Shown: positions 24,987 to 32,000 of the stretch, piece after piece
How positions within the stretch are numbered: position 1 is the stretch's first letter
Layout of the letters: each line of letters begins with the position of its first letter
From: an uncultured Lentisphaeria bacterium
GTDB lineage: Bacteria; Verrucomicrobiota; Lentisphaeria; JABSQK01; JAJFLO01
Length of the DNA stretch: 32,000 nt
Reading direction: 5' to 3'
Assembly (NCBI GenBank): GCA_951812855.1
Contig: OX638337.1
Coordinates: 840,001 to 872,000, forward strand
The notes under the pieces: generated by a model
Told to the model about the DNA's origin: nothing
Database searches by the model: none
The model's input: only the letters and a program-made list of their open reading frames with translations
Program-made: the position numbers and the translations under genes

Positions 24987-26852
24987 ATGAAACAAAAAAT
25001 CATATGTTTAATCGTTGGTTTAGTATTTATAATTAATTCATTCTTAGCAGCCCGACTTATAAATGATCATAATTTTGTATCGTCAATAAGTGCATTTATT
25101 GCTATCATCGTTCTGATTATACCGATCTTGAAAATTGTTATCAATGATATACGATCCGGTTCAATGAAAATGCATGAATTAGCCATTTTGGCTATTTTAG
25201 GAAGTTGTGTTCAAGGAGATTTAAAAACATCAGCCTGCATTGCACTATTTATTTTGTTTTCAATAATTATTGAAACCAGCTCAGCAAGCGGAGCTGAAAT
25301 CAGGCTGGAATCACTGGCCAAAATTACTCCTGGAAAAGCGTGCAGACTGTTAGATGACGGTTCAGAAGAGGAAGTCAGTGGACATTTACTTAAACCAAAT
25401 GATGTAATTCGGGTAAAACCCGGGGAAAATATTCTGGCTGACGGCATAATATTAAAGGGAATTACATCAATAAATGAGGCAAATATTACGGGTGAATCGT
25501 TGCCGGTAGACAAATTAGTTGATGAACAGGTGTTTGCCGGAACATCCAATTTGAGCGGCGTTATTGAGGTCAAAGTAGAGAAAGCCGGTGACGATACTGC
25601 CATCGGCAGAGTAAAGGAACTGATATTAAAAGCACAGGAAAGCAAACTTCCCTTTGTACGAATGATAGATGAATACGCACGCTTCTATATGCCAGTTGTA
25701 TTAATGTTAGCAGGCATTGTCTTATACTTTAACCGCCATGAACCTGATGGACTTGATCGGGTCATCGCCCTTTTGGTCGCGACCTGCCCTGTTGCACTCA
25801 TACTGGCAACTCCTGCGGCAGTTGTCGCATCCTTATCTGCAGCAGCCAGATTAGGAATCCTGTTCAAAGATGTAAATGATATTGAAGCGATGGCACGCAC
25901 CGATGCTGTTATTTTCGATAAAACCGGAACGCTGACAACGGGTATCCTTGAGGTAACTCGTCTAACACCCAATGACGGTATTGAACCTTCAGAACTGCTT
26001 GCAACCGCCGCAGCCGCAGAATCTGGCAGTAATCACCCCGCAGCAAAAGCCGTTATCAAACTGGCTGAATCAGTTCATGTTTCCATTGAAAATTCTCATT
26101 TGCTGCATGAAGAACCCGGACGCGGCGTCAAAGCAACGTGTGACAATAACGATGAGATACTTGTTGGAAACTTAAATTGGATGAATGAAAATAAAATATT
26201 ACGTAATGATTTTTTAGATATTGATGACGCTGAAACATCCGGAATGAGTCTTCTGTTTGTAACAAAAAACGGGAAATCGCTTGGATGGATTGGATTAAGC
26301 GATAAAGAACGGGAACAGGCTGCTGAATGTCTGACCGACTTATCACAATCTGGCGTCTCCCACATTGCAATGATATCCGGCGATCGAAATACGGTCGTAA
26401 AAAACGTTTCAGAAAAATTAGATATAGCAAATTCGCTGGGAGAATGTTCGCCGCTTGATAAAGTTCATTACGTGGACCGAATCAAAGAACAAGGGTATCA
26501 GGTCGCATTTATCGGCGACGGAGTAAATGACGGTCCGGCACTGGCAAAGAGTCACATAGGAATTGCTATGGGTGCCACAGGTATTGATGTTGCAGTTGAA
26601 AGTGCTGCGATCGCTCTAATGAACAACGAATTGAATCGAATACCTTTTTTACTCAGACTTGCTAAAAAAATGAAAATTACCATAATTCAAAACTTTTTAA
26701 CAGGAGGTATCATTATCATTGGTGGCATATCATTGAGTGCAATGGGATATTTATCTCCGATCATCGCAGCATTATCCCAATTAATCGGTGCAATTTTTGT
26801 TGCAATGAACAGTGCAAAACTCATAAAATCAGGTGAAGAATTGTATGTATGA
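24987..26852 (+). CDS. P1B-type (heavy-metal) P-type ATPase without an N-terminal metal-binding domain; TM6 motif CPV
   Basis: TGES (ANITGESLPVDK), DKTGTLT (D codon 25917-25919), HP motif (SNHPAAKAV) and GDGVNDGPAL. About eight hydrophobic segments. No GMxCxxC/HMA domain. The TM6 sequence is LLVATCPVALILATPAAV (CPV at 25785-25793) where CPC is usual. Confidence 0.9.
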   Translation: MKQKIICLIVGLVFIINSFLAARLINDHNFVSSISAFIAIIVLIIPILKIVINDIRSGSMKMHELAILAILGSCVQGDLKTSACIALFILFSIIIETSSASGAEIRLESLAKITPGKACRLLDDGSEEEVSGHLLKPNDVIRVKPGENILADGIILKGITSINEANITGESLPVDKLVDEQVFAGTSNLSGVIEVKVEKAGDDTAIGRVKELILKAQESKLPFVRMIDEYARFYMPVVLMLAGIVLYFNRHEPDGLDRVIALLVATCPVALILATPAAVVASLSAAARLGILFKDVNDIEAMARTDAVIFDKTGTLTTGILEVTRLTPNDGIEPSELLATAAAAESGSNHPAAKAVIKLAESVHVSIENSHLLHEEPGRGVKATCDNNDEILVGNLNWMNENKILRNDFLDIDDAETSGMSLLFVTKNGKSLGWIGLSDKEREQAAECLTDLSQSGVSHIAMISGDRNTVVKNVSEKLDIANSLGECSPLDKVHYVDRIKEQGYQVAFIGDGVNDGPALAKSHIGIAMGATGIDVAVESAAIALMNNELNRIPFLLRLAKKMKITIIQNFLTGGIIIIGGISLSAMGYLSPIIAALSQLIGAIFVAMNSAKLIKSGEELYV

Positions 26853-26889
26853 ATCCGTATTAGCAGATCTGACACGATCCATGTTATTC

Positions 26890-26917
26890 ATTAACTCGTG
26901 CAGTTAATTTATATTTT
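26890..26917 (+). terminator. Weak AT-rich hairpin plus T-tract between the ATPase and the ABC ATPase gene (possible attenuator or partial terminator)
   Basis: ATTAACT (26890-26896), loop cgtgc, AGTTAAT (26902-26908), followed by ttatatttt. The stem is only 7 bp and almost all A/T. Confidence 0.3.
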
Positions 26918-26944
26918 ACCAAAATAATAAACGAAATCCCAATC

Positions 26945-28132
26945 ATGACAGAACGGAATGACGACATTGTCGTCAAAGCACAGGGAATAAGCAAAATTTT
27001 CAAGGACTTTTGGGGGCGGAAAAAAATAGCAGCCCTAACCGATGTTGACATTGTTATACAAAAAAATTCTATCTTTGGATTATTAGGACCAAACGGTGCA
27101 GGAAAGTCAACTTTAATCAAAATTATTCTTGGTCATCTATATCCCTCTAAAGGACTGATTAACGTTCTGGGAAAAAGCCCGGGAAATATCGAAATCAAAT
27201 ATCAAATTGGTTATCTTCCTGAACGATCTTATATGTACAAAAATCTGACTGCACTTGAAACGTTGACTTATTTTGGTGCACTGCTGAACCTGAGTAAAGA
27301 TGTCATTAAAACTCGGAGTCAACAACTCCTGGAAATGGTAGGACTTGATTCTGCAAAAAAACGAATGATCGGTGAATTTTCGCATGGGATGACCCGTCGA
27401 ACGGGCTTAGCTCAGGCGTTATTGAATGATCCCGATTTTTTAATCCTTGATGAACCGACTGCAGGGTTAGATCCCGTCGGTTGCAGGGAAGTAAAAGATT
27501 TAATTCTGACTCTTGGGAAACGAGGGAAAACAATTCTCTTAACAAGCCACCTGCTGGCGGATGTTGAGGATGTTTGCGATGAATTATTAATGTTATACGG
27601 AGGAAAAATACAGTCATCGGGAACTGTTTCCGAACTTTTAACAAACGCAGAAATAACACGCCTGGAATTTCCAAATATCTCTGAGGACAAACTGAATCAA
27701 ATCAAGACTTCATTGAATCAGGAAATTCCCAATGAGCACATTAATATTTCATCCCCGAAAGAATCATTAGAGAGTTATTTCCTGAAGACAATCTCAGCAG
27801 GCAGTCGCAGTTCAGTTGAAAATTATGGTGCGGGAATCGGTAAAGGAGTCGCGGAATATCTTCAGGATGAGAACTATGAATTTAACGATGTAACAGTAAC
27901 AACGCCATCTGTGCCGGATAACAGTTTATCTGAATCAATTGACACATCGACACTGGATAATTTAACAGAGAAGAAACACTCCTCCGGCGAAACACCGCAG
28001 CAGGACTATTTACCATCAATTGATAACAATGCCCTTGCAGATCTTTCCCGGGATCAAACAAAAAGTGCAGAGTCAGAAGCAGATAACAGCAAAAAGATCG
28101 ACCAATCTAAACTCGACGGTCTTACTAAATAG
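26945..28132 (+). CDS. ABC transporter ATP-binding protein with a ~130-aa acidic/Ser-rich repeat-containing C-terminal extension
   Basis: Walker A GLLGPNGAGKST, Q-loop GYLPER, degenerate signature FSHGMTRR, Walker B FLILDEPTAGLD, H-loop LLTSHLL. The tail from about residue 265 is low-complexity and carries three ID-x3-L-x2-L-(T/S) repeats. Confidence 0.92.
   Translation: MTERNDDIVVKAQGISKIFKDFWGRKKIAALTDVDIVIQKNSIFGLLGPNGAGKSTLIKIILGHLYPSKGLINVLGKSPGNIEIKYQIGYLPERSYMYKNLTALETLTYFGALLNLSKDVIKTRSQQLLEMVGLDSAKKRMIGEFSHGMTRRTGLAQALLNDPDFLILDEPTAGLDPVGCREVKDLILTLGKRGKTILLTSHLLADVEDVCDELLMLYGGKIQSSGTVSELLTNAEITRLEFPNISEDKLNQIKTSLNQEIPNEHINISSPKESLESYFLKTISAGSRSSVENYGAGIGKGVAEYLQDENYEFNDVTVTTPSVPDNSLSESIDTSTLDNLTEKKHSSGETPQQDYLPSIDNNALADLSRDQTKSAESEADNSKKIDQSKLDGLTK
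28011..28030 (+). repeat. 20-nt repeat copy B (TACCATCAATTGATAACAAT), 19/20 identical to 22981-23000
   Basis: Read directly. It lies inside the ABC ATPase tail and encodes (Y)LPSIDNN. Confidence 0.8.
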
Positions 28133-28133
28133 A

Positions 28134-29468
28134 ATGCGGAATATTTTAACGACGGCAAAAATCACTATTTTGGTTTGTATCAGAAATGGTACATTTTTTG
28201 GCATTTTGACTTTAATTGCTGGAATATCATCGTTTATATTTGCCATATCCACAAGCGATAACACAATATTGAATGAACTTCAACTCCGCATTCAATACAG
28301 TTATACGCTTACCTACAGTCTGCTGACATTAATAATTATTTCCCTATCCTGTTTTACAATACGAAGCCAAATTGACGGGAGACAAATTCACATGCTCACC
28401 TCATTTCCAATTCGACGGCGTGATATATGGTTGGGGAAATGGTTGGGCTTGGCAGTCATCGCACTGGTAAGTGAACTCATATTGGTTTTATCCATTGCAA
28501 CTTGTGCTCATTTTTATACGCGTACATTCAAGGCTGAAGATGTGAGTTCAGCACAAGAATTCTATAAAAAAATAAACTGTGAAGTCAGGCCTGATATACC
28601 TGATTTTAATGCATTGACCAGTGAACGCATTAGTACATTGATTAATGAACAAAAACTCGATCCCGAAATGATTGACAAGGAAGTTTGGAAGAAAAACTAT
28701 GAGATATTGCGCCGTTCCGAACAGCTCATAAAACCCAATGGTGAAAAGACCTGGTCATTTGATCTGAAGAATAAACCGAAAAAAGGTGAGTTTGTAGATT
28801 TCAGGTTCAGGATGTACGCAGAAAAACGCCGTAACCTGATTCGAGGCACATGGTTACTTTCAGCCGAAGGAAAAGTTGAGAGTTTTAAACAAAATTTTGA
28901 GTGTTATCCTTATAGCTTCACCACAATTCGTATTCCCGTAAGTCAAATTCCCGATTCAGGCAAATTTCAGTTAACCCTGAACGGGCAGAATGACTCAGAC
29001 ATAATTATAAACTTCAACAATGACCTGGCTTTATTTTATGAAGATGGATCAATCATATTTAACTTGATTAAAATAATATCTGCTCATTTTATTCATATGA
29101 GTGTAACGGTTGCTGTCGGACTCACTGCGGGTGTTGCATTTTCTTTCCCGGCAGCATCCTTTCTCTCTATAACACTCTATTTTTTATCCGCATCTTCCGG
29201 CTATTTTTCAAGTATTATCACAGATTTATTAGAAGGATATCATATCTCGATTAGTGATAAAATCTCAGCTGGCTTAATCAGCAGTGCGTTGTGGCTTGCA
29301 AAAGGGTTGCAGGCACCGGATGCAATATCAAAATTAAGCAGTGGAATTTCAATTCCAATTTCCGACTTACTCATTCATTGGCTGCCTGCGATCTCAGTAT
29401 ACGGTTTTGTCACCTGTTTATTAGGTATATGTATCTTAACGAGGAAAGAATTAGACCGGTTTGTTTAA
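28134..29468 (+). CDS. ABC-2-type permease-like membrane protein with a ~190-aa extracytoplasmic insertion
   Basis: I placed the start at ATG 28134, 1 nt after the ATPase stop. The listed TTG 28020 start would overlap the ATPase gene by 113 nt. HMLTSFPIRRRDIWLGKWLG is paralogous to the motif in the 20057 protein. A beta-rich soluble insert between TM3 and TM4 runs from about ...FKAEDVSS to LALFYEDGS. Confidence 0.7.
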   Translation: MRNILTTAKITILVCIRNGTFFGILTLIAGISSFIFAISTSDNTILNELQLRIQYSYTLTYSLLTLIIISLSCFTIRSQIDGRQIHMLTSFPIRRRDIWLGKWLGLAVIALVSELILVLSIATCAHFYTRTFKAEDVSSAQEFYKKINCEVRPDIPDFNALTSERISTLINEQKLDPEMIDKEVWKKNYEILRRSEQLIKPNGEKTWSFDLKNKPKKGEFVDFRFRMYAEKRRNLIRGTWLLSAEGKVESFKQNFECYPYSFTTIRIPVSQIPDSGKFQLTLNGQNDSDIIINFNNDLALFYEDGSIIFNLIKIISAHFIHMSVTVAVGLTAGVAFSFPAASFLSITLYFLSASSGYFSSIITDLLEGYHISISDKISAGLISSALWLAKGLQAPDAISKLSSGISIPISDLLIHWLPAISVYGFVTCLLGICILTRKELDRFV

Positions 29469-29489
29469 CCCTGTCAGGACAATCTATTC

Positions 29490-31070
29490 ATGCGACGAAT
29501 TATACAATTAATCATTGTTTCATTTGCATTTGTAATCCTGGTTTATAACGCGAAACGAATATACACCTTTCAAGATCAGAATCAGTACAATCGAATGGTC
29601 AATAATACAGATATTCCTCCCTCTTTAGCATTGACAACTTTTGCGTTAGGTCCGCTAAAGGCAATTATCGTAGATTCACTGTGGCGGCGGGCAATTCAAC
29701 AACAGGATAAAGGAGAATATTTTGATGCATTGCAACTTGCTGACTGGATTACGAAACTGCAACCGACGTTTTCATCAGTATGGGCATTCCATGGTTGGAA
29801 CATGTCATATAATATCGCTCATGATTTCGCCGATGCACACGATCGTTGGAACTGGATCAATCATGGAATTGAACTACTTCGCGATGAAGGATTAAAGTAT
29901 AATCCGGGGGATAAGATCATCCGGCATGAACTCGCCAGAATTTTCTATAACCGCATTGGCGGAAAAATCGATGAGGGATCAGAATATTTTAAAAATCAGT
30001 GGGCATTTAAAATGATGGAATATTTCGATTACAGCTCGCAGCAGGAAATTATAAATCTAAGCAATGCTGCAAAAAATTTAGATGAACTTAAAGAACGATA
30101 TGGCGTTGAAGGATATCTTCGGGAAACGCTTAAATCAGGAGTCGATATATTAAACTTTAAAGCAAATCCACCCTCATTTACACCGATCAAGGTGAAACTG
30201 CCGCTGGAAGAGCAAAATCAGGCTGTTCACGAAATCTACTATTATTTTAAACGAAATAAAATTGAACGTGAATTAAAATTAGACGTTCAACGAATATTGT
30301 TCATAAATAAACAATACGGACCGTTAGACTGGCGACTGCATCAGGCTCATACGATTTATTGGGCAGCAGAAGACAATTTTGAAGATTTTATGAAAGGAGG
30401 CGTTAATTACTCAAAAATTGTCAGGCAGAGTATGATTGAATCATTTTATGAAGGAAAATTATTTCATGACCCGGTAAAAAATATCATTTCAAGGACAAAT
30501 AATCTGGAAATTATTGGTCGAATTCACGATTATATCGACTATCTGATCGAACATGATTTCAATTCAGATATTGATTCAATACATAAAAAATTTTTAGAAA
30601 ATGCCGTTACTGTATTATATAACTATAATCGAAATGAAGAAGCCGGCGAACTGTTCAAACACTATAAGGAGCATTATTTACAGAAAAATCCTATAGATTA
30701 TGAAGCATTTATTGTTAAGAGTATTGAGACATCGTTATATTCTGGAACGACGGAGAAAATAAAATACTATATTGAATCGGTACTCTATCAAAGCTTTCAA
30801 TGGCTTGATCATGGTGATTATGATAGATCAAACGGAAATCTAAATTTAGCGAAATTATTGTGGAAGCGTTATCAATTGAAGTTCGAAGAGAATCCAGCAA
30901 AAAAATTGGGCCCGTTTAGTGAAATCGTTGAGATCGTTAAAACAAAATATATTTCTGAAAAAAATATTCAAAGTGACAAATTTTCTATAAAAATAGATCA
31001 ATCTAAAACACGTAAACCTAAAAAGGTAAAAATTGGTTCGTATCATGAGGATGATCATCACGATCATTAA
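29490..31070 (+). CDS. N-terminally anchored, Trp-rich helical protein of unknown function with a His-rich C-terminus
   Basis: TM (IIQLIIVSFAFVILVY), then LGPLKAIIVDSLWRRAIQQQDKGEYFDALQLADWITKLQPTFSSVWAFHGWNMSYNIAHDF. I recall this block from conserved hypothetical proteins but cannot name a family. The protein ends ...GSYHEDDHHDH. Confidence 0.8.
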   Translation: MRRIIQLIIVSFAFVILVYNAKRIYTFQDQNQYNRMVNNTDIPPSLALTTFALGPLKAIIVDSLWRRAIQQQDKGEYFDALQLADWITKLQPTFSSVWAFHGWNMSYNIAHDFADAHDRWNWINHGIELLRDEGLKYNPGDKIIRHELARIFYNRIGGKIDEGSEYFKNQWAFKMMEYFDYSSQQEIINLSNAAKNLDELKERYGVEGYLRETLKSGVDILNFKANPPSFTPIKVKLPLEEQNQAVHEIYYYFKRNKIERELKLDVQRILFINKQYGPLDWRLHQAHTIYWAAEDNFEDFMKGGVNYSKIVRQSMIESFYEGKLFHDPVKNIISRTNNLEIIGRIHDYIDYLIEHDFNSDIDSIHKKFLENAVTVLYNYNRNEEAGELFKHYKEHYLQKNPIDYEAFIVKSIETSLYSGTTEKIKYYIESVLYQSFQWLDHGDYDRSNGNLNLAKLLWKRYQLKFEENPAKKLGPFSEIVEIVKTKYISEKNIQSDKFSIKIDQSKTRKPKKVKIGSYHEDDHHDH

Positions 31071-31110
31071 GTATAAAAAGAAGTTTGTTAATTATAGCGT
31101 TATTCCGATG

Positions 31111-31128
31111 GATAACAGAACAGTTATC
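31111..31128. other. Palindrome GATAAC-N6-GTTATC, 40 nt after the last gene of the cluster
   Basis: GATAAC 31111-31116, spacer agaaca, GTTATC 31123-31128. The ends resemble the outer arms of a Fur box (GATAAT...ATTATC). It could also be a short hairpin, but no T-tract follows. Confidence 0.3.
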
Positions 31129-31439
31129 TGAATCATCAGACGGAAATAGTCCGGAAGGGAAAAATCATCAAAACTTGCTCCAATGACTATTGAGACGTGC
31201 TGTATTCTGATCTGCAGCGAAGCAGGCACCACAGGCGGGATAAAATACAGGACAGAAATCAAATCATTTCAAATTCACTTAAATTTGACAAAACAGAGAT
31301 CGTAAAAGGTGTTGAAGACCGAATCAGCTGTTAAAAAATTTGAGTTAATCTACATCCCCTCCAATATTGAAAAAATTATGGAGCCGGTTCGGACCGGAAA
31401 GTATGATTACCAGCCTATTTGAAAACTCTAAGGATTTAA

Positions 31440-31657
31440 TCCAGGATAATTGATGATGATGAACTTCAACGTAATACCTTAAAGAAAATTCTTGAGGGAG
31501 AGCGGCATTTAGCGTTGATATCTCCTGTGATAAAATGGATGCACCGGAGCATCTGAAAGAGAATGAAGTCCAACTGATTCTCACAGACATTTACATGCCC
31601 GAAATGGATTAAAAATTGATCCTCCCACAAAGGCTTAAAAAAGTCAAAATCATTTGA
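31440..31657 (+). pseudogene. Response-regulator receiver-domain remnant (no start codon, one frameshift, in-frame stop, truncated)
   Basis: Frame A reads (S)RIIDDDELQRNTLKKILEGERHLALIS and continues to a stop at 31554-31556. Frame B from about 31523 reads SCDKMDAPEHLKENEVQLILTDIYMPEMD*, with TAA at 31610-31612 where the conserved G is expected. It then continues KLILPQRLKKVKII* to 31657. Joined, these give the canonical receiver N-half (IIDDDE...DLILTDIxMPxMDG). Confidence 0.55.
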
Positions 31658-31733
31658 TTTTACATAAAACAAACATCATCGATCACCCGCCGAATAAAGC
31701 AGATCCACCCCAAAAAACCAACGTCTCCCATTT

Positions 31734-31807
31734 TGGCTGCCCGACCAGGGCTCGAACCTGGACTTACGGAATCAGAATCCGACGTGCTACCATTACACCA
31801 TCAGGCA
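31734..31807 (-). tRNA. tRNA-Gln (anticodon CUG), 74 nt with encoded CCA
   Basis: The reverse complement is TGCCTGA TG GTGT AATGGTA GCAC G TCGGA TTCTGAT TCCGT AAGT CCAGG TTCGAGC CCTGG TCGGGCA G CCA. It folds with a 7-bp acceptor stem (one G-U pair), a 4-bp D stem, a 5-bp T stem with a TTCGAGC loop, and an anticodon loop TTCTGAT, giving CTG. The U1-A72 pair and G73 discriminator are as in bacterial tRNA-Gln. The outermost anticodon-stem pair is a T-T mismatch. Confidence 0.93.
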
Positions 31808-32000
31808 ATACTCCAGCCTCATCATATAAATTATTACTACATAAACCCGTAAAAAATAGTATGAATTCTTCTTTTTGCTAACTGCCCAATGTTACTTTTT
31901 TTATTACATCACAGAGAAGAATAAAATTAAATTGAAACATCATAATATGATTCGATGTGACTAATTTATACCTGCCTGCCCTTCCTTCACATGATTTAAA

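Noticed and set aside
25891-25907. A sigma54-like sequence, TGGCACGCACCGATGCT.
   Set aside because: The GG-to-GC spacing is off by one relative to TGGCAC-N5-TTGC. It also lies in the middle of the P-type ATPase coding region, just before the DKTGT codons. It is most likely coincidental.
28020-28133. The listed TTG start at 28020 for the second permease-like gene. It would give a 113-nt overlap with the ABC ATPase gene.
   Set aside because: ATG 28134 sits 1 nt after the ATPase stop and begins directly before the first TM segment. The upstream 38 codons are simply the alternative frame of the ATPase tail.
1-32000. A search for CRISPR arrays, rRNA genes, integrases or intact transposases, and riboswitch-like leaders.
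   Set aside because: I saw no regularly spaced direct repeats, no rRNA-like conserved blocks, and no tyrosine or serine recombinase or DDE motifs in any listed ORF. I cannot exclude small ncRNAs or riboswitches without covariance-model searches.

Overview
This is an AT-rich chromosomal segment (roughly high-30s % GC by eye) from a diderm, Gram-negative-type bacterium, since bamA, skp and lpxD are present. I cannot assign a taxon from the sequence alone. Contents from left to right:
- the 3' part of bamA;
- an FGE/SUMF1-domain gene broken by one in-frame TAA;
- a ~276 bp IS1595-like miniature element;
- a soluble PAS histidine kinase paired with a sigma54-dependent NtrC-type regulator;
- an O-antigen-ligase-like polytopic protein;
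- a ~2.8 kb gene-poor stretch of decayed mobile or defence remnants: a PD-(D/E)XK nuclease pseudogene, an orphan VapB-type antitoxin, a small hypothetical, a heptamer microsatellite and an IS3 orfA remnant;
- a lysine-rich coiled-coil envelope protein;
- housekeeping genes: NAD-type isocitrate dehydrogenase, a His-rich secreted protein, pckA, cutA, a HAD hydrolase, lpxD, skp and tsaE.

The most unusual part runs from about 18.7 to 31.1 kb. A MerC-like His/Cys-rich membrane protein is followed by a Fur-family regulator. That regulator heads a tightly packed same-strand cluster containing:
- an ABC-2-like permease;
- three SPFH (HflK/C-like) paralogues;
- a P1B-type ATPase that lacks an HMA domain and carries CPV instead of CPC;
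- an ABC ATPase with a repeat-bearing tail;
- a second ABC-2-like permease with a large insert;
- a 526-aa anchored protein with a His-rich tail.

The window ends with a receiver-domain pseudogene and tRNA-Gln(CUG). I saw no rRNA, CRISPR array or intact transposase. All functional calls rest on motif recognition by eye. No database search was run.
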